In this document: in pieces, positions 38,999 to 47,665 of the stretch
Numbering within the stretch: the first letter of the stretch is position 1
Layout: each line of letters opens with the position of its first letter
Assembly (NCBI GenBank): GCA_946547315.1
Contig: CAMNOY010000002.1
Location: forward strand, 13,878-77,877
Direction: 5' to 3'
Length of the DNA: 64,000 nt
Source of the DNA: an uncultured Lachnospiraceae bacterium
Lineage (GTDB): Bacteria > Bacillota > Clostridia > Lachnospirales > Lachnospiraceae
Made by a program: the position numbers and the translations under genes
The notes under the pieces: model-generated
Database searches by the model: none
What the model was told of the DNA's origin: nothing
The model's input: the letters and a program-made list of their open reading frames with translations, nothing else

Positions 38999-40627
38999 TA
39001 AGTTCTGGGCCTCTACCAGTCCCTTGCCTCCGTACAGTTCCCGAAGCTTGGGTTTTTCGATTTTACCGGTAGGATTGCGTGGAATATCCGCAAAAATAAT
39101 CTTATGAGGCCTCTTATATCTGGGCAGTGCCATGCAGAATTCATTCATCTCATCTTCGGTTATAACATAATCCTTCTTCAGTTCAATTATCGCACAGCTT
39201 ACTTCACCAAGCCTCTTATCGGGTATACCGATAACGGCAACATCATGAACCGCCTCATTAGTCCTTATAAAGTCCTCTATCTGCACGGGATAAATGTTTT
39301 CTCCACCGCTTATGATCACATCCTTCTTGCGGTCAACAAGCATAATAAACCCGTCCTCGTCCTCCATAGCCATATCACCTGTATAGAGCCATCCGTCAGC
39401 GAGAACCTCTTTTGTTGCTTTGGGATCATGATAATAGCACTCCATCACACCCGGACCTTTAACTGCAAGTTCTCCAACTTCCCCCTGTTTTACCGGTTTA
39501 CGGTCTTCACCTACTATTGCAGTCTCCCAGCCATACCCGGCTTTTCCTATGCAGCCGACCTTATGGATATTCTCAACTCCCAAGTGTACACAGCCCGGTC
39601 CGATAGACTCGGAAAGTCCGTAATTTGTGTCATACTGATGATTCGGGAACAGTTCCTTCCACTTTTTGATAAGACTTCTCGGAACAGGCTGAGCCCCTAT
39701 GTGCATCAGTCTCCACTGTCCAAGCTCATAGTCGGACAGATTAACCTTCCCGCTTTCTATCGCCTCAAGGATGTCCTGTGCCCACGGAACAAGCAGCCAT
39801 ACTATTGTACATTTTTCCTTTGAAACGGCATCGAGTATGATCTCCGGCGCTGTTCCCTGAAGCAGTACGGCTTTTGATGCCGAATACAGGCTTCCAAACC
39901 AGTGCATCTTAGCTCCCGTATGGTACAGGGGCGGAATAAGAAGAAATACATCGTCTCTTGTCTGACCGTGATGGTTCTGCTCACATACCGCGGAATGCAT
40001 CAGTGAACGATGCTTATGCAAAATAGCTTTGGGAAATCCGGTTGTACCCGACGAAAAATAAATCGCCGCATCGTCCTCGTCCGTAAGAGTAATATCAGGT
40101 TTCACGCTTGAGCAGTTTGCCACAGATTCTTTGTAATCGTCAGCAAATGTAGGACAGTTATCTCCCACATAAATAAGCAGTCTCTTCTTTGAAAGTTCAT
40201 CACATATCTCTTCAATTCTTCCTATGAATTCGGGACCGAATACAAGAACATCTATCTGGGCAAGTTTTGCACAGTACATTATCTCATCGGAAGAGTATCT
40301 GAAATTAAAGGGAACCGCCAATGCGCCGGTTTTGAGGACACCGAAATATACCGGAAGCCATTCAAGGCAGTTCATCATCAGGATTCCTACCTTTTCTCCC
40401 TTTTTTACACCTCTTGAAATCAGATAATTGGCAAAGCGGTTTGCCTTCTCATCAAAGACACTCCATGTTATCTCACGACGATAAGACTCTTTCTTGGTAC
40501 TTTCTATAAGTTCATATTCCTTCCATGTTACTCGCCTGTTTTCCTTGATCTTGGGATTGATCTCAACAAGTGCAACATCATTCGGATACATTGTCGCATT
40601 TCGTTCAAGCAGTTCTGTAATAGGCAT
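38993..40627 (-). CDS. AMP-forming acyl-CoA synthetase/ligase
   Basis: 544 aa, SSGTTGFPKA AMP-binding motif, ANL superfamily. GGAGGA RBS. The stop codon lies inside repeat copy C. Confidence 0.88.
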   Translation of the reverse strand: MPITELLERNATMYPNDVALVEINPKIKENRRVTWKEYELIESTKKESYRREITWSVFDEKANRFANYLISRGVKKGEKVGILMMNCLEWLPVYFGVLKTGALAVPFNFRYSSDEIMYCAKLAQIDVLVFGPEFIGRIEEICDELSKKRLLIYVGDNCPTFADDYKESVANCSSVKPDITLTDEDDAAIYFSSGTTGFPKAILHKHRSLMHSAVCEQNHHGQTRDDVFLLIPPLYHTGAKMHWFGSLYSASKAVLLQGTAPEIILDAVSKEKCTIVWLLVPWAQDILEAIESGKVNLSDYELGQWRLMHIGAQPVPRSLIKKWKELFPNHQYDTNYGLSESIGPGCVHLGVENIHKVGCIGKAGYGWETAIVGEDRKPVKQGEVGELAVKGPGVMECYYHDPKATKEVLADGWLYTGDMAMEDEDGFIMLVDRKKDVIISGGENIYPVQIEDFIRTNEAVHDVAVIGIPDKRLGEVSCAIIELKKDYVITEDEMNEFCMALPRYKRPHKIIFADIPRNPTGKIEKPKLRELYGGKGLVEAQNLG

Positions 40628-40721
40628 TAAACATTCCTCCGAAAATTATTTGATCAATGCGCTTTAGCACAACAACGCGTTTAAGCGCACAAGTATAAGT
40701 TTATCTTTTTGCCATATAAAT

Positions 40722-40760
40722 GTCAAACGCAAAAGAGACCATATAAAATGGTCTCTTTGC
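40722..40760 (-). terminator. intrinsic terminator after rpsR
   Basis: Minus strand reads AAAGAGACCA-ttttata-TGGTCTCTTT followed by TGCGTTTG. Confidence 0.7.
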
Positions 40761-40783
40761 TATACGGTTCCCTCCTTACAGCC
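40761..40783 (-). repeat. solo motif resembling the repeat end (GGCTGTAAGGAGGGAACCGTATAG)
   Basis: About 20 of 27 aligned positions match GGCTGATAGGGGGGACCGCGATATAG of copy B's distal end. It has the same context: directly after a stop codon and directly before a terminator. Confidence 0.4.
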
Positions 40784-41059
40784 TTAGTCAGCAGTATAAG
40801 GCATAAGGGCTACGTGACGTGCACGCTTAACCGCAACAGTAAGGGCTCTCTGGTGCTTTGCACAGTTTCCAGTAATTCTTCTCGGAAGGATCTTGCCTCT
40901 CTCGGAAACATACTTCTTAAGTGTAGCAACGTCCTTGTAATCAAGTTCCTTCTCTTTACCGCAAAATACACATACCTTTTTACGTCTGTGCATTGTATTT
41001 CTTCTTCTTACAGGTGCATCTGCCTTATCAGCGTCACCCTGTGGTTTGCCAAAAGCCAT
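40784..41059 (-). CDS. rpsR: 30S ribosomal protein S18
   Basis: 91 aa, ...[37 protein letters not shown]. Confidence 0.95.
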   Translation of the reverse strand: MAFGKPQGDADKADAPVRRRNTMHRRKKVCVFCGKEKELDYKDVATLKKYVSERGKILPRRITGNCAKHQRALTVAVKRARHVALMPYTAD

Positions 41060-41080
41060 ATTACTTTCCTCCTAATTCCA

Positions 41081-41530
41081 TCAATTAAACGGAAGCTCTT
41101 CATCTATACCATCCGGAATGTTCATGAATCCGTCACCACCGTCTGACGGTGCGGATGAAGCCGGTACAAATGCATCTGCTGATCCGCCCTGCGTAGACCC
41201 TTTACTCTCCACGAACTCATGACGTTCAACAACCACGTCTGTTGTGTACACCTTCTGTCCGTCCTTGTTGGTATAGCTACCCGTCTGAATACGACCCTCA
41301 ACAAGTATCCTCATACCTTTGCGAAGATACTTCTCAGCAAATTCTCCGTCCCGGCCAAATGCCACTATGTTGATGAAATCAGCTGTCTGCTGATCACCTG
41401 ATGCAGAATCCCTTCTGCCTCTTCTGTCAACGGCAAGTGAATATCTTGCTATAGCCATTGCCTGATCACCGGATGAATATCTTACTTCGGGGTCACGGGT
41501 TAATCTTCCCACCAATATTACTTTATTCAT
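41081..41530 (-). CDS. ssb: single-stranded DNA-binding protein
   Basis: 149 aa, MNKVILVGRLTRDPE... with a DEELPF C-terminal tip. The ATG at 41530 is the real start; the track start is upstream and spurious. Confidence 0.93.
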   Translation of the reverse strand: MNKVILVGRLTRDPEVRYSSGDQAMAIARYSLAVDRRGRRDSASGDQQTADFINIVAFGRDGEFAEKYLRKGMRILVEGRIQTGSYTNKDGQKVYTTDVVVERHEFVESKGSTQGGSADAFVPASSAPSDGGDGFMNIPDGIDEELPFN

Positions 41531-41546
41531 AAATTCTCTCTTTCTA

Positions 41547-41834
41547 TTACGCTTCTGCCTTAACGCAGAGATAACGAAGAACGTTATCCATAATGCGGAC
41601 ACGATTTTCGAGTTCGATCGGTGCCGTAGGTTCTGCATCAAAGTGAACGAAATAGTAGAAGCCTTCTCTCATCTTCTGAACTTCATAAGCAAGTCTCTTC
41701 TTGCCCCACTCGTCCACATCCGTTACAGTACCGCCGAAACGATCAACATAATTCTTGATCCTTTCGATGATGGCAGCTCTCTCGTCGTCTTCGATCTTAG
41801 CATTAAGAACAACGCATAATTCATATTTGCTCAT
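41547..41834 (-). CDS. rpsF: 30S ribosomal protein S6
   Basis: 95 aa, MSKYELCVVLNAK.... AAAGGAGG RBS before the ATG at 41834. Confidence 0.93.
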   Translation of the reverse strand: MSKYELCVVLNAKIEDDERAAIIERIKNYVDRFGGTVTDVDEWGKKRLAYEVQKMREGFYYFVHFDAEPTAPIELENRVRIMDNVLRYLCVKAEA

Positions 41835-41954
41835 GCTGGTACCTCCTTTTGGACTTTGGCCTTTACCATACAGTAAAAGCAAGGATAAATTGTATCACGG
41901 TTTGCTATGATATCACATAATATCAAGCTTTTCAAGGGGTTTTGCTAACAAAAA

Positions 41955-42677
41955 TCAGACCGTAATTGCACCTAAAACAGCCCCTATACTGTCATTTATC
42001 ACAAGATCGGCTCTCGAATCCATCGGCGTTTTGGACTTATTGATCAAAACAAGCTTATGACCTCTGTAGTAGTCTATGAGACCCGCCGCAGGGTAAACCG
42101 CAAGAGAGGTTCCTCCTATTATAAGGACATCCGCATTGGCTATATAGTTAACCGACTTGCTCATCACATTGCTGTCGAGACCTTCTTCATACAGAACAAC
42201 ATCCGGTTTTATGGGTCCGCCGCATTTGTCGCACTTCGGAACACCCTCGCTGTTTATGATGTAGTCCACATCAAATGATTTTCCGCATGATTCACAATAA
42301 TTGCGCAGTACGCTTCCGTGGAGTTCGAGAACTTCCCGGCTTCCGGCAGCCTGGTGCAGACCATCGATGTTTTGGGTTACAACCGCTTTCAGCTTTCCCG
42401 CTTTTTCAAGCTCTGCCAGCTTCAGATGGGCTTTGTTCGGTTTTGCGGTAGTACAGAGCATCTTGTCTCTGTAGAATCTGTAGAACTCTTCAGGTTTGCT
42501 CCTGTAAAATGTATGACTCAGTATTGTTTCGGGAGGGTAATCATACTTCTGGTTATAAAGTCCGTCTACACTTCGAAAATCCGGGATTCCGCTTTCGGTC
42601 GAAACTCCCGCTCCCCCGAAAAATACTATATTATCCGATTCTGTTATCCATTGCTGTAACGTTTCTAGTGGTGTCAT
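41955..42677 (-). CDS. cobB: NAD-dependent protein deacylase (Sir2 family)
   Basis: GAGVSTESGIPDFRS, zinc CxxC...CxxC, 240 aa. Confidence 0.9.
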   Translation of the reverse strand: MTPLETLQQWITESDNIVFFGGAGVSTESGIPDFRSVDGLYNQKYDYPPETILSHTFYRSKPEEFYRFYRDKMLCTTAKPNKAHLKLAELEKAGKLKAVVTQNIDGLHQAAGSREVLELHGSVLRNYCESCGKSFDVDYIINSEGVPKCDKCGGPIKPDVVLYEEGLDSNVMSKSVNYIANADVLIIGGTSLAVYPAAGLIDYYRGHKLVLINKSKTPMDSRADLVINDSIGAVLGAITV

Positions 42678-42711
42678 TTTCTCCTCCTTTTACTGTTTGA
42701 GAGCCGTATCA

Positions 42712-43128
42712 TTAATCGGCGACTCCAACCTGCATTACGGCCTTACAGACCTTATCCCCCTTTTGGTTACGTATCGAGACCTTAAGCACAATCAGTGAAT
42801 ATACATCGTGTTTCTCTTCAACTAAGCCCTCTGTCGTAAGCGTATCTCCTATGTATACCGGTTTGGAAAACTTTATCTTAACCTCGTGTATAAGGCTGTT
42901 TTTTCCCGGAATATATACACCGGCAAGCGTGGACAGAAGGGACGCCGTAAGCATTCCGTATACTACTCTTCCGGGATGCCCTTTGGATACTGCGTAATCC
43001 TCATCGTTGTGAAGCGGATTGATATCCCCGGTAACAGCTTGAAACGATGACATCATATCTTCCGTGACCGTAACCGTAAAACTTTCCTTCTGACCAACCT
43101 CTATTTCTTCGTATTTATACTCATTCAT
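42712..43128 (-). CDS. MaoC-like (R)-hydratase/dehydratase hot-dog protein
   Basis: 138 aa with a GDINPLHNDEDYA motif. Confidence 0.8.
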   Translation of the reverse strand: MNEYKYEEIEVGQKESFTVTVTEDMMSSFQAVTGDINPLHNDEDYAVSKGHPGRVVYGMLTASLLSTLAGVYIPGKNSLIHEVKIKFSKPVYIGDTLTTEGLVEEKHDVYSLIVLKVSIRNQKGDKVCKAVMQVGVAD

Positions 43129-43200
43129 ATGATTATCCGTACAGATTAGTTCCCTGATAATTCAAAATCCTGTTATTAGCTACAATTCTCCCGAATTTAA

Positions 43201-43440
43201 TCACAGCTTTGATGCGATAAGATCCACCATCTCTCCCACATTTGCAAGCTCATTAACTTCCTTAAGATCAAATTTCAACCCGAATTCCTTCTCCATGGAG
43301 ACAACGAGGGTAATGTGCTCAAGGGAATCCCAGTCCTCTATATCAGACGAATTGGTTGAGTCTTCAATAACAAGCGTGTCATCATCAAATACCTCTCTGA
43401 ATATTCTCTGGACTTTTTCCATTATTTCACTATGTGTCAT
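43201..43440 (-). CDS. acyl carrier protein
   Basis: 79 aa and acidic, with the DWDSLEH phosphopantetheine-attachment (DSL) motif. Confidence 0.8.
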   Translation of the reverse strand: MTHSEIMEKVQRIFREVFDDDTLVIEDSTNSSDIEDWDSLEHITLVVSMEKEFGLKFDLKEVNELANVGEMVDLIASKL

Positions 43441-43463
43441 TTCCCGTAACCTTTCTACTACCT

Positions 43464-45539
43464 TTACTTAACAGCTTCCAGAAGGCCCGCTTCCACCATT
43501 TTGCGCACCGTGGGCAGCATATCCGCCACACTGTGTCCGATATAGTCGCTGAGCTCAAATATATCGTTTGTCCCGTCGGCATATGCAGACAGATCCTTAA
43601 GTATAAGGGTATCCCTGTAACTGTTCTTGTTACTTGTTGTCGGCATAAGACCCCGTCTTCCGAGCTGCGGCTCACATAGACAGGTTATCTTATACTTCCT
43701 GTTGTTCTCAAGCGCTTCGATGCATTTAAGCAAAACGTCAAGACTCCCACCCAGTCCGTCAGGAGATATGATATCAAGGTTATCTCCGCTTGTGTGATAC
43801 TCCGGATATATATGATACTTGGATCGGCAAAAACAAACAAGCGGAATATCCACCCCGGGGGCCTGGTACTGCCTTTCGTCGCTTCCCCTTTCAAGGTATG
43901 AATACTCGCAGAAGTTCGGATCATGGCCTTTGAGGACATTCATCATGACTCTGTCCGCAAGAGTATTGGCATACTTGGAATGAACTATGGAATATGCCCT
44001 GTCATCACCTACACAGGTCACATTAAATCCTGCTATTATATTCTTCTTCATCTCGTCGAGATTACGCGATATGTAAGTAATGGCACCTATCGTCTCAGGC
44101 AGCAGAACAAGCCTGTACGAATACCTCCTGTTCGGCATGTTTCGTATATATTCGGCAAGCTTTGTCATTACTACCGGACCCGAGCATTCATTATTTGCCA
44201 TGGATGGATGGCATATATAGGAACTGAAGAAAATCTCGTCACTGCTGTCCCCGGGTATGAGGAGTTCTCCATATGTAAGGGAACCCGGTGCAAGATCCGA
44301 ATCTATATAAGCATGATATTTTCCATCAGGAAGCGTCTGCAGCTGATTTTCACTCATGCAGAAGCCCCAGCGCTCCTTGTAATACGATGTGCAGTATGGG
44401 ATTAAATCGGGCTGATCCGGCAGGGTATATATATGCTCCTTAAGTTCCGTAAGTTCCATCCATTCATCTACCGGCGTCGAATACCCCATAACATGAAGAT
44501 TGTTCACCTTCATATCAACTATGCGGTTTCCGCTTTCATCTTCTATATAGGCATCCCTAATAGTCCACTCATTGGGAACTGTCCAGTCAAATACCTTTGT
44601 CCCGGTGGGGACCTCATAGAGCTTCATATCCGGCATATACTTAAGGAGAATGTCAAAGGTTTCCCTGACACCCGGCCCCATAATGCTTCTGCATATGGGA
44701 AACAGCTCCTGTGCTCTTCTAAACATTTCCTTTCCGTCTTCAAGATAGGGATTATCCTGACCGATGTATGAGCAAATTCTGCGGCTCCTGTTGTGCCTGA
44801 CATCTTCCTGCAGTATCGGATGAGACTTGGCAAGCTCGATCATCTTGTATTCAAGTCCGTTTATATAAAATCGTTTCATTATGCCTTTCTCAATAAATTC
44901 ATCTTCGAAAGCATAAATAACATTGGTTACATCCTTATCAAGCGCGCGCACGTTCATGTCATATGTACGTTTGGTCACAACTCCGTTTTCATCCGTATAG
45001 TCTGCCGTAAAATCCTTGAGATATCTGTAATTGTCATGAAGATTCCCAACCGACTGTTCCGCGTAGTGAACGAACACAAACGAATGCTCAAGATCCTTGT
45101 CTATGAAAAGATTTCTGTATCTGTGGCTTACCATGTAAGCAAAAGGAGAATCCTCCCCGAATGAGCTCTTGTTATCAAGCCCGCACAGATCATCGGTATC
45201 CGCTCCCCAGCAGGTAAACGAATATATCGGATGCTTCGTACGGCGAAAATCATCTCTTGCCATCGCTATCTTACACAGCGATCCTGTCTTGGCCGGAGTC
45301 TTGTAATAATCAAAGGGTTCCCCGCCGCAAAAGCTCCAGTTAAAGGTAGGGAATACGATGGAACCTTCCTCGCCTATAATATCAATGATGCCGTCTATCA
45401 GAATGTTCAGATCGGTGTCATCATCATGATGCATGCATTCATAAAGAAGTGATTTTACGTCGCTTGTAACGTATATTCTGTCACCTTTGTTAATTCCAAG
45501 GTGTTTTGCCAAATCTTTCAGTTTAATGTAATCCGGCAT
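43464..45539 (-). CDS. fusion protein: AAC(3)-family N-acyltransferase domain + DUF2172/DUF4910 aminopeptidase-like domain
   Basis: The N-terminal ~260 aa resembles aminoglycoside 3-N-acetyltransferase (...EGSIVFPTFNWSF...). The C-terminal ~430 aa resembles DUF4910 (...VPTGTKVFDWTVPNEWTIRDAYI...). The ATG at 45539 has a GGAGG RBS. Confidence 0.65.
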   Translation of the reverse strand: MPDYIKLKDLAKHLGINKGDRIYVTSDVKSLLYECMHHDDDTDLNILIDGIIDIIGEEGSIVFPTFNWSFCGGEPFDYYKTPAKTGSLCKIAMARDDFRRTKHPIYSFTCWGADTDDLCGLDNKSSFGEDSPFAYMVSHRYRNLFIDKDLEHSFVFVHYAEQSVGNLHDNYRYLKDFTADYTDENGVVTKRTYDMNVRALDKDVTNVIYAFEDEFIEKGIMKRFYINGLEYKMIELAKSHPILQEDVRHNRSRRICSYIGQDNPYLEDGKEMFRRAQELFPICRSIMGPGVRETFDILLKYMPDMKLYEVPTGTKVFDWTVPNEWTIRDAYIEDESGNRIVDMKVNNLHVMGYSTPVDEWMELTELKEHIYTLPDQPDLIPYCTSYYKERWGFCMSENQLQTLPDGKYHAYIDSDLAPGSLTYGELLIPGDSSDEIFFSSYICHPSMANNECSGPVVMTKLAEYIRNMPNRRYSYRLVLLPETIGAITYISRNLDEMKKNIIAGFNVTCVGDDRAYSIVHSKYANTLADRVMMNVLKGHDPNFCEYSYLERGSDERQYQAPGVDIPLVCFCRSKYHIYPEYHTSGDNLDIISPDGLGGSLDVLLKCIEALENNRKYKITCLCEPQLGRRGLMPTTSNKNSYRDTLILKDLSAYADGTNDIFELSDYIGHSVADMLPTVRKMVEAGLLEAVK

Positions 45540-45575
45540 AGCTTCCTCCACTGCCTGCTTATTTTAATGTACAAT

Positions 45576-45605
45576 AAAATAGTACAGAATACTCTGTACT
45601 ATTTT
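45576..45605. terminator. perfect 12-bp palindromic hairpin, likely terminator after the TF-like gene
   Basis: AAAATAGTACAG-aatact-CTGTACTATTTT. Confidence 0.55.
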
Positions 45606-45637
45606 ACCGCAAAACACTCGCATATAAAACTAAAACT

Positions 45638-46822
45638 TTACTTGACGGTGGCACCCTCAAGCGCTATATCAACCGCCTTGTTCTTAACTGCGGTTTTATT
45701 GGTGTAGCCCTTACCGTATGTTTCTACCGAGCTGTTATAATAATCGTCGCCGCCATACATTTCCTTGACATTCGCTTCGGAATCGGCTTCACTTAAAACT
45801 ATCCCTTCACTTTCAAGAATCGCCTGGTATACAAGATCCGACTTGGCAAATTTCTGAGACCTGTCAATGATGTCTGCATTATACTCCTCGTCGGTCATAC
45901 CGATGAAGTCTTCGAAAGTTCCCGACTGCATTCCGTACTGCTGATACATCTGGTTCATATACTCATATGACTGCACATCTGAAAACTTAGTGGTTGACTC
46001 CACATTCTTGAGATACTTGCTGGGGAACTTGTTAACCGTCGAATTATCAACCACATAGTTCGTAACGTAATCCTTGAGCGATCCCTCATAATACTCGTCC
46101 TTAAGTGCCTGCTCGTACTCGGCAACCGTTGAGCCCATATCGGAATAGTTTTCCTTCACAAAATCGTCGTTGTATTCGGGATCTGCATAAATTCCGTGTA
46201 TTGTAACGGCAAACTCCGCCGGTTTTCCTGCAAGATCAGCCTGACCGTAATCCTCGGGGAATGTTACCTTGACAGTAACGTCTTCTCCAGCCTTATGTCC
46301 TATGAGCTGGCTCTCAAATCCTTCTATAAACTGACCGCTTCCGATAGTAAGATCATATCCGTTTCCACCGGAATTTCCGCCTTCAAATTCTACTCCGTCC
46401 ATTGTTCCTACGTAGTCTATATTAACCTTGTCACCGTCTGCTACCACACCTTCCTCTTTTAGAACCTGATGCGCAGCCAGATTTTGCTCAATAACATCCT
46501 TGAACTCTTCGTCGGTATAGGTTACCTCACTTAACGGAACCTCAATATTTTTGTAGTCACACAGAGTCACATAATCCGTAGCCTTGATCCCCTTGATGTA
46601 ACCGTTATCATCAAGCTGTGAGGAATACTCTCCGCTTGCTGTTATCGTGTTGGCTTCTTTGATTATCACCCTCACAATTCCGAAAATCGCAAGACCTATA
46701 ACGGCAACCGCAATAACGATGCCGACTATTTTCAATATAAGAGACTCTCTCTTTTTCTTAGCAGCATTCTGAGCTCTCTCTTCTCTTTTCTGTTTACTCT
46801 TGCTGACTGTACTTTCTTCCAT
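45638..46822 (-). CDS. membrane-anchored trigger-factor-like FKBP-type PPIase
   Basis: N-terminal TM (ILKIVGIVIAVAVIGLAIFGIV), TF-type PPIase core (GDKVNIDYVGTMDGVEFEGG...) and a TF C-terminal-like domain. Confidence 0.8.
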   Translation of the reverse strand: MEESTVSKSKQKREERAQNAAKKKRESLILKIVGIVIAVAVIGLAIFGIVRVIIKEANTITASGEYSSQLDDNGYIKGIKATDYVTLCDYKNIEVPLSEVTYTDEEFKDVIEQNLAAHQVLKEEGVVADGDKVNIDYVGTMDGVEFEGGNSGGNGYDLTIGSGQFIEGFESQLIGHKAGEDVTVKVTFPEDYGQADLAGKPAEFAVTIHGIYADPEYNDDFVKENYSDMGSTVAEYEQALKDEYYEGSLKDYVTNYVVDNSTVNKFPSKYLKNVESTTKFSDVQSYEYMNQMYQQYGMQSGTFEDFIGMTDEEYNADIIDRSQKFAKSDLVYQAILESEGIVLSEADSEANVKEMYGGDDYYNSSVETYGKGYTNKTAVKNKAVDIALEGATVK

Positions 46823-46834
46823 AATATCTCTCCT

Positions 46835-47527
46835 TTACTTAACTTCTCTGTTGAAAATATCTTTTCCGTCATCAATCACACCGAATCTTTCGGATTCATC
46901 CTTGCGTCTCCACAGAAAATGAAATCGAAGCTCTTCGCCGGATCTGATCCTCGAAATATTCTGCCTATGCTTATAAAGCATTGCTACAGATGCGACAGCC
47001 ATTATCGCGGACGGCACCCAAGTCTTGTATACGATGCCTATGGTTATCGGAACAATAAATGCCATCGTAATCGGAGCAAAACAGATATAATCGGTAATTA
47101 TGGCTATAAAAAGAGCTGCTATAAACAGAACAATAAACATCACGTAATTGATAGCCAGAACCGTTCCTCCGAAGCAGGCCAGACCCTTTCCGCCCTTAAA
47201 TCCCATATAAAAAGGAAAAATATGGCCAAGCACCGAACCTACTCCCGCAATGACACCTGCATAATTAATGTCCCCACTCATAGCTTCCGGGAACACATAT
47301 TGAGCAATTCGAAAAGCAATAAATGCTTTAAGTATATCAAGGACAGCTATCGTCAGTCCGGCTTTTTTCCCGAGAACTATCACAACATTAGAAGCTCCGG
47401 CATTTCCGGACCCGTATTTTCTGATATCAAACCCTTTTAACTTGGAAAGAATAAAGGAAAGATTGATGCACCCGAACGCATAGCCGATTATCAGACTTCC
47501 CAGAATAACATTTATCATGATCTTCAT
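46835..47527 (-). CDS. plsY: glycerol-3-phosphate acyltransferase PlsY
   Basis: GSGNAGASNV motif, polytopic. The ATG at 47527 is the real start; the track start at 47620 is unsupported. Confidence 0.88.
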   Translation of the reverse strand: MKIMINVILGSLIIGYAFGCINLSFILSKLKGFDIRKYGSGNAGASNVVIVLGKKAGLTIAVLDILKAFIAFRIAQYVFPEAMSGDINYAGVIAGVGSVLGHIFPFYMGFKGGKGLACFGGTVLAINYVMFIVLFIAALFIAIITDYICFAPITMAFIVPITIGIVYKTWVPSAIMAVASVAMLYKHRQNISRIRSGEELRFHFLWRRKDESERFGVIDDGKDIFNREVK

Positions 47528-47599
47528 AGGTGGGATTATACAGCATGGGACCTGTAGTGTCAAAGCATTACTGCAAAGGATACAGAAAGATTGCAAACT

Positions 47600-47643
47600 T
47601 AACAAGAGAGACGAGATCATGTATATTTACCATGATCTCGTCT
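47600..47643 (-). terminator. 13-bp hairpin downstream of FucI-like gene
   Basis: AGACGAGATCATG-...-CATGATCTCGTCT. The downstream tract is only moderately U-rich. Confidence 0.45.
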
Positions 47644-47665
47644 GAGAAATTATTAATAAATCTTA

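Noticed and set aside
41835-41954. A possible S6:S18-binding leader structure upstream of rpsF.
   Set aside because: I could not identify the conserved hairpin from memory in the short leader. It needs a covariance-model scan.
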